In this document: in pieces, positions 37,657-47,825 of the stretch
Position numbering within the stretch: the first letter of the stretch is position 1
Layout: each line of letters begins with the position of its first letter
IMG/VR virus record: IMGVR_UViG_3300008261_000084
Location: 1 to 64,000 of that record
Length of the DNA stretch: 64,000 nt
Source of the DNA: a virus
Direction: 5' to 3' (one strand)
Position numbers and translations under genes: made by a program
Notes under the pieces: generated by a model
The model's database searches: none
What the model saw: only the letters and a program-made list of their open reading frames with translations
What the model was told of the DNA's origin: nothing

Positions 37657-40578
37657 ATGGCAACATATCTTCAAGGTGTAACAGATTTACTCAAAAGAGT
37701 TTCAGGATTAGATCTTTCATTGCAACAGAATGTTAGTCAAGCAATGCAGGTATTCAAACCATACTATGAAAACAACTATTTGATGAAGGATGTTGCATGG
37801 ACAAAGAACTATAACTCTACAATGTCAAGAGCTATGTCTTTGCAAAATTCAAAAGATAAGGATGTTAGACAACAATATTGGCCAACAGGAATTGAGGAGT
37901 TAAAATATAGAAAAGAAGATTTCAGAAATGAAAAACTAGAGAATATTTTAAACTATGATAATGTAACATACACACCATATGTTAATGCTGTTCAAACTTA
38001 TTATGATTTAGCTGATAAATTAGAAATATCTAGAGAGTATACTGCACCTGAAAATGGATACATGGTTAGGAGAAAAAATGGTGAATTGATTCTTCCTACC
38101 CTACAACAAACATTCTTAGCAGAATACAGTGGTAACCCAGGTATACAAAAAGTATATGCAACAGAAGCCTATGTAAGAAGAAAGAGAGACATACAAGAAA
38201 GATCTCAAAAATTCAATGGTGATGTAGCTGCAGCTGAGAAAGATTACTTACAAGAGAAATTTAAATTCTTAAAAGACTATTCAGCTAAAGCTTATGAAAA
38301 TGCTTCTGAAAATGTAACAGTAACTCAGAATAAAAAAGCTAATGTTGAAAAAGATATTGAATCTGGTGATGTAAATTTTGCACAAAATCCTTATTTAGCA
38401 GAATTAGAAAGAGCTTTAGGATCATATAATGATACTAAAAATAATGCTAAACAAGTAAATGATGCAGTTAATGGTGGAAGTAGAACACCAAATACAACAG
38501 GTCCAACTAATACATTTGATGAGTTAAACTTAGAAAATTTAGATTTAGCAAGATTAACTGTTGATTCAGGTATAGGAAGTTTTCTAGCTGAACAAGATAT
38601 CATGCAAGCAGCTAGTAATTATTCTCATCGTGGTGAGATATATGATGTAACAGGTGCTGATCCATATGCTATGAAACAATTAGAGTTTCAAAACAGTCTT
38701 AAATTAAAACAATTAGATTGGCAACATGATGCTGAAATGAAAGCACTTGAGAGACAAGATAAAGCAACTGAAGCTTTTAACAAATATAAGATAGATAATA
38801 AACTAAGCATATATGATGCTAATGGAAATATTATTGATAATCCATTATTATTTAACAGAAGACCTTTAAATAAAAAAACAGGTAATACAGATCCAACTAT
38901 TGTTGATGTTTTAAAAGATAACTGGACAGACCTAAAAGGTCAAGCAAAAACTTTAATGGGTGATACTGGTTACATTCCAACATTCTTAGGTACTATTCAG
39001 AATTTAAAAAATGAATTAACTAATGAAGAGTTAAATGATATGATGTCTCATGTATTAAAAACTCCTACTTTAAAAAATAAAGTAAGTGGTAAAACAGGAA
39101 AAGAAAAATGGGAAAGTTTTTGGAGTTATTACAGTAATAATAAAGATGAAGTTGGTACTGATTTAATAATGTCAACTGCTATTTTTAAAATGAGAAATAA
39201 ATTTGAAAATGGTTATGCTCTTAAAAATGCAGGTAATAATTTAGTTATGAATTATTTTACAGCTAATAATGGTCAACACATTATGGGTGCTGAAAAAATG
39301 AGGGAATACTATCAACAGTTTAATGATATTAAAAAGGTAAACAATGACAGAATTAATAATGCTTTAATGCTAACATTGAAGGACACTAAATATTCTGATC
39401 AAAGTAAAAAAGAAATAATAAATTTATATAGAGATAAATTTTTGACTGGTAAAATTGATGAAGATCAGTTTGATGAGTTAGTTGATAAATATATTATAAA
39501 TAGACGTAAGGAAAAAAGAATTGACAAATCAAATGTTGATTATGTTGGAATAGCACATAAAACAGAAAAAGGTGGTAATCCTGATTTTGATTTTAATCTT
39601 AATAACTTAGCAAGAAGTTCTCCTGGTGCTGGTGCAATACAAAGAACGCATGAAAGACTTGAAGTTCCTGAATTAGGAAAATTAAATGCTGCTTATCATA
39701 GTATTATATCTAACGCTAGTCCTGAAACAGGTTTATTATCTACTTCAGGAACAACAATGAAGGGTGGACAAGCTGCTTATTCTTCAACTCCGTCTGTTTA
39801 TACAACTAAGCTTGATGTATTTGGAACTCCGGGTTCTCAAGCATTCTTTCAAGCATTTGATGATATTAGAAGAATTAACTTTAAACAAAGTGGCTATGAG
39901 ATCAGTACTCATGGTGTAGATAAATCAGATAATAAATTAGATGTAGGGGACTATACAAAAATTAAAAACTTAATCACTCAATTATCTTATACATCAAGAG
40001 GTAAAGATGCTCCTTATATTGATATAATTGCTCACAAAATCGCCAATGAGGATAAAACTAAAAGTGCTATACAAATTAAAATACCAAGAGATATCCTTGA
40101 GAAGCATTTAAAAGGTGATGATGGTGAAGTAGATGCAGCTTTAGTAAATCAAATTGATCAAAATGGTGTAACATTTATTGCAAACAAAAATGATTGGAAT
40201 GTTGATATGTTAAAGTCAATGGACTATACTCCTTTACAAGCTATATTGAATGCAAAAACTTCTGTTAGTTATCATCATCCTTATAATGCAGGAGGTTATG
40301 AAATAGAGAAATTGGAAGGTAATGATTACAGATTTAAGCAAACACTTTATGCAATGGATGAGAATGGACGTAAGGTAAAAATAGATGCTGGTACTCCAAC
40401 TTTCCCATATGGTAATTACATTGATGCAGCTAGAGATGATGTATTTGCTAAAATACAAATGCAAAATCAGTTAAATTTAGAGCAGTATAGAAAATTCCAT
40501 GCTAATGGACAAACTGATAAGATGCTTACTGCAGAAAAAGAATTTAAGTTAAATAGAAGTGATTTCGGATTTAAGTAA
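37657..40578 (+). CDS. Putative internal virion (ejection/cargo) protein
   Basis: 973 aa with a helical N-half; lies between the cargo genes and the giant genes. Confidence 0.6.
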   Translation: MATYLQGVTDLLKRVSGLDLSLQQNVSQAMQVFKPYYENNYLMKDVAWTKNYNSTMSRAMSLQNSKDKDVRQQYWPTGIEELKYRKEDFRNEKLENILNYDNVTYTPYVNAVQTYYDLADKLEISREYTAPENGYMVRRKNGELILPTLQQTFLAEYSGNPGIQKVYATEAYVRRKRDIQERSQKFNGDVAAAEKDYLQEKFKFLKDYSAKAYENASENVTVTQNKKANVEKDIESGDVNFAQNPYLAELERALGSYNDTKNNAKQVNDAVNGGSRTPNTTGPTNTFDELNLENLDLARLTVDSGIGSFLAEQDIMQAASNYSHRGEIYDVTGADPYAMKQLEFQNSLKLKQLDWQHDAEMKALERQDKATEAFNKYKIDNKLSIYDANGNIIDNPLLFNRRPLNKKTGNTDPTIVDVLKDNWTDLKGQAKTLMGDTGYIPTFLGTIQNLKNELTNEELNDMMSHVLKTPTLKNKVSGKTGKEKWESFWSYYSNNKDEVGTDLIMSTAIFKMRNKFENGYALKNAGNNLVMNYFTANNGQHIMGAEKMREYYQQFNDIKKVNNDRINNALMLTLKDTKYSDQSKKEIINLYRDKFLTGKIDEDQFDELVDKYIINRRKEKRIDKSNVDYVGIAHKTEKGGNPDFDFNLNNLARSSPGAGAIQRTHERLEVPELGKLNAAYHSIISNASPETGLLSTSGTTMKGGQAAYSSTPSVYTTKLDVFGTPGSQAFFQAFDDIRRINFKQSGYEISTHGVDKSDNKLDVGDYTKIKNLITQLSYTSRGKDAPYIDIIAHKIANEDKTKSAIQIKIPRDILEKHLKGDDGEVDAALVNQIDQNGVTFIANKNDWNVDMLKSMDYTPLQAILNAKTSVSYHHPYNAGGYEIEKLEGNDYRFKQTLYAMDENGRKVKIDAGTPTFPYGNYIDAARDDVFAKIQMQNQLNLEQYRKFHANGQTDKMLTAEKEFKLNRSDFGFK

Positions 40579-40586
40579 TAAATATT

Positions 40587-43500
40587 ATGGCTGAAAATAA
40601 CAACACAAATCCTAACACAGGATATGTACCTGGATTACCTAATCTTTCAAATGCAACATATAGAATTAAAGATGGAACAGCTGGTTCAACACCAACATAT
40701 CCATTAAATTCTATAAAGTCTAAAATGTCACCTGTTGATTTTGCTAAAGCAGCAGCTAGTGATTTCAATGTACAAAGTTCTAATTACATAGACAATAATG
40801 CCTATGGTAAAGCTTTTACATTTGATAACTCACCATCTGGTCCTTCATTTGTAGCTAGATATAAAGGTTATGGTCAAGAGACTTATAATAAATTAGGATT
40901 TGATCCTACTATAAATAATGAATCTTGGTATAATCAGAATACTACTCAGTATGATGATTTTAAAAGAATGCTTACACACTCAGCTTGGCCAATGCTTAAA
41001 TTAGGTTTCATGAGTCCTATTAAGTCATATGGTAAACTATTAGGTTCTGGTGATGTAGGTGCAAATCTTCAAGAAGCTAATGATTATGAAAAATATTCAA
41101 GCATTGGTTATTCTACTAAAGGTGGTGTTGGAGGATTTACAACAAACCTTTTTAATTCAGCTGCTTATTCTGCAGGTATTTTAACAGAAGGTTTAGTAGA
41201 AGGTGTTTTAGTAGGAGCCGCTGTTGGTGCTGTGGAAGGAGGTGTTGGTGCAATACCTGGAGCTATTATAGGTGGTATAGCTGAAACAGCATCTAGTATA
41301 GCAAAACTTCCAGGAGCTTTAATCAAATCAGCTAAGAACATAACTAACATGAGTAAAGCACTTGCTAATTTATCTAAGATAAGCAATGCTAAAAACTTTT
41401 TTGCAAATGCCGGTACTAAGCTTGCTAATTTTGCTAACCCTTTAAGTAATACAACAACTGCTCTTAAAAGTTGGAATGAATGGAAAAATGTAGATGACTT
41501 AACATCTTTAGCAAGAAGTGCCCGCACTGCTGGTGCTTTTTGGAATGATGTTAAAAATATCAACATGGCTTTATCTGAAGGTAGACTTGAAGGAGGTTTT
41601 TCTGAACAAGCTCAATACAAAAAATTATATGATGAACACTTTTCTAAATATGGTGTTCCACCTTCAAATGAAGAACAAGGAAGAATGATGCAAACAGCAA
41701 AAAGTGCTGGTTTTGCAAGTACTGCTTGGAATACAGGTTTAGTTTTTTATTCAAACAAAATTGCGTTTCCAACAATTACAAGAGCAGGCTTCCTAAAGCA
41801 CATCCCAAGAGCATCTTTTGGTAAGACAGTAGGTCAAGTAGGAAAAGAGTATCAAATAATGTTTGACCCTGCTAACAAACTAAAAGGTAGTGCATACTCA
41901 TTAGAAAAAATAGGATTAAGAAATACATTAAAAGCTGTAAAAAATCCAAAGAAATGGGGTTCATTAGCTGCTAATTATTTTAGAACAAACTTAGTTGAAG
42001 GTTTACAAGAAGTAGGTCAGGAAGCAATTGCTTCTGCTACAGAAAAATATTACCATGATGCATATCATAATCCAAATGTGAGAAGTTTTACATATGGTCT
42101 AGGTGCTCTTGGTGCAGGTATTGATGAACAAATCAGTACACAAGGTCTTGAAGTATTTGCTTCAGGTTTTGCTATGGGTAGTATTTTATCAGGACCTTTA
42201 AACACTATACAGAGATATAGCTCATTAGGTTATAATAAATACTTTAAACATAAGGCTGATTATGCAGATTATATAAAACAAAGAGAAGCTCAAGGTACTC
42301 AAATTGTAGAAGCTTTAAATAATTTAGATAAGAATGGTCAACACTTTTTTGATCCTAGAATTATAAATTATGCTAACATTGCCAAAGCTGCTAACACAGT
42401 AGATGATGAAGATAATTTTACTGTAAAAGATTTTAAGGATACAGAGCATGATACTTTTTTCTCAGCTGTTAATACTGCTTTAAGAACAGGTACATTTGAC
42501 ATGTTCCTTGATAATTTCAAGAGCTACAAAGAAGCAACACCTGAAGAATTAGAGGAGGCATGGTCACTGGAACCAGGTCAAGGGCAAAAAGCATTACGCA
42601 ATATAGATAGAGCTGTTGACGCAGCTAAAGTAATGGCTAGAAGAAATGACTATGCTACTAAGAAATTTGGTAAATATATAGTAGATCCAGCACAGTTCAA
42701 AGAAGGAACTATTGATAGAAAAAAAGCAATCCTTCAAAACAAAGCTTTTAATGCTGCTATCTCTAATTTAACTTATTATCAATCTGCTTATGATAATAGT
42801 TTAGAAAGATTGAATAAACTTTACAATAGTCTAGCTGACATATCTGTAATTGCAGGTACACCATTTTCTAATGTTTCTACTTTAACAGATTCAAGAAAAC
42901 TGGACAATGAAATTAACTTGTTAACACAAGATCTTACATCTATGCAAGGATTAAATGATCCTTCTATGTTAGATGATATAAGAAAGAAACAAAGTTTACT
43001 TGAGGCTCTAGTTAATTTTAGAGATAAGCAAACAGTTTCTAATAAATTCTTTATGGAAAAACAATTTGCACCAGACCTAGATGCTGTTATGGCAAGCTAT
43101 GCTGAGAAAAATATTGATCCAGATGAAGAATATAAAGACAGCTATTTTAAAGTTTTAAGAACCTTAGCTAATTTAAACAATCAAAATGTTGAACAGTATA
43201 ATGAGTTAGAACTTAACAGAGCTATTGAAGATAAAGGGGGTGAAGAAGCTATGTTCAAAGATCTTTATGATACAGAGATCTTAAAGAATGAAATGACCAG
43301 AATGAATGAGTATGTTAACTTACTTAATGACCCTGATGGTTTCAAAGAGCACTTAGATAGAAATTTTTCTTGGATGCAAAACATGTATAATAATAGAAAA
43401 GAATATTATAAAGACATTGTAAACCAAGAAATTAACAACATTGAGAACAATGAAATTCTTACTGAACTAGCTGATAAAGGTATTTATGTTGACTTAGAAC

Positions 43501-46500
43501 AATTTGCTGATTGGGTAGAGAACAATGAAAACTATCCTGATTACTTTATTGATGAGGTGCACAACATGATCATTGACCAAAACTCTGACCTCTATTATGA
43601 GTACTTACAGTTATTTAATGATGCAACTAAAGCTAACAAAAAACCAGCAGGTGAGCCTATATCTGATAAAGAGAAACTAGAACAAAGAATCAAAGAATTA
43701 GAAGAAGAAAGAGGTAATGCTATAAACTTAGCAAGAGAAGCTTACAATAAAGCACTGCAAGATGCATACGGTAAATCTGAAGAGGAGATACTGAAAGAGA
43801 ATGAGGATAAGTTGGAGAATGATGAAAGTATCCAACAAAAAAAAGATTTAGAACAACAAGTAGCTACTATTGAACCTGTAGTAAAAGTATTAAAAGCTGA
43901 TGATGTTAATGCAATTGTTGATATTTTTAAAGATGTACAAGCATTAGTTCCGGAAGAAGAAATTAATGCTGTAAATGAAAGAATTAAAACAGATGATGAG
44001 CTTTATAAATCTACTATTGCAAATGCTAAGAAAAGAATAAAAATATTTGACCCTGAAGCAGAAACTCAAGAACAGAAATTAGCTGCTCTTAATAATGCAA
44101 TGAGGGTTGAATCATATATTATTGCATTAACTGAAAAATTAGCAGTTGCTAAAGAACAAATAGATTTAATAGAAGAACCTCAGTTATTTAATTTAGAAGA
44201 AACTCCTGAGTATAAAACATACAAAGAAGCATTAGATAAAATAAATACTAAGTTTGATGACTTGATTAATGAGGAAAAAGAAAGTAATGATGAGACATCA
44301 GAAGATGACTATACTACTGACACACCTTATGATGAGTTACCAGAAGACTTGAAAAAGATTATTGATGATGGAGTAAAAAAGATGCTTCCTGAATTGATGT
44401 TAGATTTTGAGTCAATGGCTGAAGCTGATTATGTAAAAATCAGAAACAACTGGATTACACAAAATCCGGAAATCTTTGATGAGTACAATAAAGACAGAAA
44501 GCAAAAAGCAGCAGCTCTTGCTAAAAAACTTGCTGAACCACCATTCTTAAAAACATTTAAAGTTCAGGTATCATCATCAGACAGTCTTGAAAAACTAGAT
44601 GAGTACATTAGTTTTTTTACTAACCTTATTAAAAATGGTAGTTACACAGGTACAGATAGTAAAGATGTTAAAGCAACACCTGTTCAAATAGAAACTGCAA
44701 AAGAAGACTTAGAAAAAATTAAAGGTTATCTTGATGCAAGGGCTAAGGCTTACAAACCTCAGAACATGGCTGAAGATACTTTCAAAAGATTAAACAAAAA
44801 TTTAATTCAGAGACAAAAAGAAATTGAATTAGTTTATGATGAAGACGGTAAACTTATAGGTAGAAGATTTGCTGATGCTGAAGAAGAAACAGAAACTCCT
44901 ACATCTCCAGAACTGGCTATAAGACCTACTAGTATTGCTGATAAAGTAAAAGAAGACTTGACTAAACAAGAAGCTTATGAATGGGTTAGTGCTCAAGAAA
45001 ATGCAACTTACTACCAAGAAGCTTTGGATAACAAAAGTAATGATCCTATAGGGGAGTTTATGGTAGGGTTTAGACAACGGGCTTTTAATAGATTTAAACA
45101 AACATTTGGTTCTGAGAAAAAATTAAAAACTCTTGAGACCACATTGCGTGATATAAAATCAAAGACCGGAGTTTATCCTACAGCACAAGAAGTAAAACAA
45201 ATACTTAGTGATTTATCATCTATACACAAAGCAGAGACTGGAACCAAAGCGGATGTTCTAATAAGAGCAATGCTTACACCGGTAATAACTGGAGGGTTTA
45301 ATAATATTAAGTATACAGATTCATTTGATGTAAATGGAGAAACTGTACAAGTAAAAGACATCTTGTCAAAAGAAGCTTATGATAGTTTGTTTGAACCAGG
45401 TACAGGTGTTATTGCAAGATTTAGACAATACATGGTTGAAGGAGATTTTAGAATTTTTCCTGAAAACTTAATGGTATTTGACAAAACTTTGTTTGGTGGT
45501 AAAGGTATAATTGGTGAGATGGATTTACTTGCATTAAGTAACACTGGTAAATTAAAAATTATTGACATTAAACTATCTTCATCATTTTCTTCTAAGGATA
45601 AAAAAGATGGTGTTTACTTCTTTGAAAAAGAAAACAGCTGGCAAAAAACATACTTCCGTGCTCAACAATCTATTTATGGTACATTGATGTATAATATGAT
45701 GGGTATAAAACCTGACATAGCAATACTACCATTAAGTATGAAAATAAATGCTGATGGGTTTATTTCTAAAATAGAGTTAGCTCCATTTGTAGAAAAGGAT
45801 AAACTTATATATGACCTTGAGTATTTACCTGAGATAGCTGATTATGGTGTTGTTGAAAACTATACTGGTACTGATATAGTTCCTGGGGAAAAGGGAACTG
45901 GTTTACCAGGTAAAAAATCTAAGCAACTACAAGAATCTGACGATGAAAATGATACTAATCTAAGAGATAATCTTGGTGAGACTCTTATGTTCCAAGGTAA
46001 CATAGGTGAGTTAGTGCAATTACCTGATGGAACTTATGGTATAAAAGAGCAAACCACTGTTGATACATTTCAAACATTAGCAGTATTAAGTACTGACCTT
46101 GAAGAAAAACTTGCAGGTTTAGAAAGCACTGATCCTACTTATGAAGGTATTAAAAAACAGAAAGAGGACATTGATAAATTAATTGAGAACAGAGGTGTTA
46201 AAGAAACTATCACTCAATTAACAGTTAATAATGCTCCGGTTACTGATGGTAATTTAAGACTATCTAAATTAGGTTTAAAACCATTGTATGTAGTTAATGA
46301 TGTAAATCAAGTTAGATTTATAAATGGTAAATTAATGTATGTTAAATACAATAATAGAACACAGACTAAAGCTACTATCAATGGTGTAGATTATACTGTA
46401 AACAGAGATATAAACGGTAGTGTTATTTCTCTTCAGTATGATGCTAATCAAAGAAGAATTGATGAAATAGATGAGTTAACAACAGAGATTTCTCAAAGAA

Positions 46501-47822
46501 TTAGCAAGTTATCTCAAGGGTTAAACAATCTACCAAGAAAAGAAAAAAAGATAGTTAAAAATATCTACTTAAAAGATTTAGTAAATCTTAAAAAGAATTT
46601 AACAGATTTGAAAAAAGAAAAAAATGATCTGTTAAACACAACAAGTATTGTAACTATTTCTGGTGGTAATAATAATGATTTAATCTTTGGATTGAATACA
46701 TTACCAAGTATCTTTGTTAAGAATTTAAGTCAAGGAAAACCTAATCAACAAGAGCTAGACACTAAAACAATTGGTGCAATAATCTTAAATGATGAGATTC
46801 CTAAAGCAGTAGCTCAGATCTTAGATGAGAATTACCCTGTTAAGTTTGATGACTTATTAGAAAAAGGTGTTGCTTCAGTTAATGATGGTGACTTATTAAA
46901 AATAACTCTTTGGGCTAAAGAAGTTCAAGGAAATTTGAATGCATTAAAACAAACTGTTAGAAATAGACAAGATTTAGTGGACTACATTGATAACATCATT
47001 GCAGAACTAAATCAAACTATGAATGAAATAGGTTTAATTAAACTAAACAAAGATGGAAAAATCTCAAAAAAACAACCAAGGTACATCAAAGAATTCTTCG
47101 GACCAAAAAGGATCTCAGACTTACAAGAAAGGTCTGACTTACCTAATGTTCAAGGGGCTGACGGAGAGTCAACAGAAGGAGTACTTAGACAGGCAACAGA
47201 AGAAGAACTTGAAGAACTCATTAGGTCAATAAATCCGTTAGCTCTTGAGGAAGAACTTCTTAATGAAAGTAAGTCCAAACCTGCAGTATCTCCAAATACA
47301 ATATTTGAAAAAGCTAACATTGATAATATAGAAACTTTGAGAACAGAGGCTTTAAATAATATGACAAAATCAGGATTTACTTTCAATCAAATCATTGAAG
47401 CATATGATGCTAAACTTGCTCAATTAAATAAAGATATGGATATAACAAATTTAAAACCTGGTACGGAATTAAAAAGTAAAGTCCCTATCTTTACAGAAGG
47501 AAATGATTTAGTTCAAGTAGTAAAACTTAACAAAACTAAGAAACAACTTACTGTTAAATTAATCGGTACTAATGAGACTAAAACTATTTCTGAAACTGAA
47601 TTTAAAGAAAATTTTATGCAAATTAATGATGAAGCTTTAAAAGCTGAGGTTGAAAAACCAAATATTAATACTGAAGAACTAAACCTTCTTTCAGAGGAAA
47701 CTAATAAAAACATACAAGGTTTCTCAAATAATGCTGAAGCATTTAATGATAGTATTAAAAATGCTACTGAGAATAGTAAGGATGATTTAATGAAAAACAT
47801 TATAGATAATTTAAATTGCTAA
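40587..47822 (+). CDS. Giant virion protein with membrane-like segments, coiled coils and PD-(D/E)xK nuclease domain
   Basis: 2411 aa; GILTEGLVEGVLVGAAVGAVEGGVGAIPGAIIGG hydrophobic stretch; EGLQEVGQ; RecB-like GEMDLL...IIDIK...QQSIY at about 45510-45680. Confidence 0.75.
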   Translation: MAENNNTNPNTGYVPGLPNLSNATYRIKDGTAGSTPTYPLNSIKSKMSPVDFAKAAASDFNVQSSNYIDNNAYGKAFTFDNSPSGPSFVARYKGYGQETYNKLGFDPTINNESWYNQNTTQYDDFKRMLTHSAWPMLKLGFMSPIKSYGKLLGSGDVGANLQEANDYEKYSSIGYSTKGGVGGFTTNLFNSAAYSAGILTEGLVEGVLVGAAVGAVEGGVGAIPGAIIGGIAETASSIAKLPGALIKSAKNITNMSKALANLSKISNAKNFFANAGTKLANFANPLSNTTTALKSWNEWKNVDDLTSLARSARTAGAFWNDVKNINMALSEGRLEGGFSEQAQYKKLYDEHFSKYGVPPSNEEQGRMMQTAKSAGFASTAWNTGLVFYSNKIAFPTITRAGFLKHIPRASFGKTVGQVGKEYQIMFDPANKLKGSAYSLEKIGLRNTLKAVKNPKKWGSLAANYFRTNLVEGLQEVGQEAIASATEKYYHDAYHNPNVRSFTYGLGALGAGIDEQISTQGLEVFASGFAMGSILSGPLNTIQRYSSLGYNKYFKHKADYADYIKQREAQGTQIVEALNNLDKNGQHFFDPRIINYANIAKAANTVDDEDNFTVKDFKDTEHDTFFSAVNTALRTGTFDMFLDNFKSYKEATPEELEEAWSLEPGQGQKALRNIDRAVDAAKVMARRNDYATKKFGKYIVDPAQFKEGTIDRKKAILQNKAFNAAISNLTYYQSAYDNSLERLNKLYNSLADISVIAGTPFSNVSTLTDSRKLDNEINLLTQDLTSMQGLNDPSMLDDIRKKQSLLEALVNFRDKQTVSNKFFMEKQFAPDLDAVMASYAEKNIDPDEEYKDSYFKVLRTLANLNNQNVEQYNELELNRAIEDKGGEEAMFKDLYDTEILKNEMTRMNEYVNLLNDPDGFKEHLDRNFSWMQNMYNNRKEYYKDIVNQEINNIENNEILTELADKGIYVDLEQFADWVENNENYPDYFIDEVHNMIIDQNSDLYYEYLQLFNDATKANKKPAGEPISDKEKLEQRIKELEEERGNAINLAREAYNKALQDAYGKSEEEILKENEDKLENDESIQQKKDLEQQVATIEPVVKVLKADDVNAIVDIFKDVQALVPEEEINAVNERIKTDDELYKSTIANAKKRIKIFDPEAETQEQKLAALNNAMRVESYIIALTEKLAVAKEQIDLIEEPQLFNLEETPEYKTYKEALDKINTKFDDLINEEKESNDETSEDDYTTDTPYDELPEDLKKIIDDGVKKMLPELMLDFESMAEADYVKIRNNWITQNPEIFDEYNKDRKQKAAALAKKLAEPPFLKTFKVQVSSSDSLEKLDEYISFFTNLIKNGSYTGTDSKDVKATPVQIETAKEDLEKIKGYLDARAKAYKPQNMAEDTFKRLNKNLIQRQKEIELVYDEDGKLIGRRFADAEEETETPTSPELAIRPTSIADKVKEDLTKQEAYEWVSAQENATYYQEALDNKSNDPIGEFMVGFRQRAFNRFKQTFGSEKKLKTLETTLRDIKSKTGVYPTAQEVKQILSDLSSIHKAETGTKADVLIRAMLTPVITGGFNNIKYTDSFDVNGETVQVKDILSKEAYDSLFEPGTGVIARFRQYMVEGDFRIFPENLMVFDKTLFGGKGIIGEMDLLALSNTGKLKIIDIKLSSSFSSKDKKDGVYFFEKENSWQKTYFRAQQSIYGTLMYNMMGIKPDIAILPLSMKINADGFISKIELAPFVEKDKLIYDLEYLPEIADYGVVENYTGTDIVPGEKGTGLPGKKSKQLQESDDENDTNLRDNLGETLMFQGNIGELVQLPDGTYGIKEQTTVDTFQTLAVLSTDLEEKLAGLESTDPTYEGIKKQKEDIDKLIENRGVKETITQLTVNNAPVTDGNLRLSKLGLKPLYVVNDVNQVRFINGKLMYVKYNNRTQTKATINGVDYTVNRDINGSVISLQYDANQRRIDEIDELTTEISQRISKLSQGLNNLPRKEKKIVKNIYLKDLVNLKKNLTDLKKEKNDLLNTTSIVTISGGNNNDLIFGLNTLPSIFVKNLSQGKPNQQELDTKTIGAIILNDEIPKAVAQILDENYPVKFDDLLEKGVASVNDGDLLKITLWAKEVQGNLNALKQTVRNRQDLVDYIDNIIAELNQTMNEIGLIKLNKDGKISKKQPRYIKEFFGPKRISDLQERSDLPNVQGADGESTEGVLRQATEEELEELIRSINPLALEEELLNESKSKPAVSPNTIFEKANIDNIETLRTEALNNMTKSGFTFNQIIEAYDAKLAQLNKDMDITNLKPGTELKSKVPIFTEGNDLVQVVKLNKTKKQLTVKLIGTNETKTISETEFKENFMQINDEALKAEVEKPNINTEELNLLSEETNKNIQGFSNNAEAFNDSIKNATENSKDDLMKNIIDNLNC

Positions 47823-47825
47823 AAA

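Noticed and set aside
37657-37720. Possible in-frame deletion near the start of 37657..40578 (MATYLQGVTD|LLKRVSGLDLSL)
   Set aside because: Suspicion rests only on unverified recollection of longer homologous N-termini; the sequence itself shows an intact frame.
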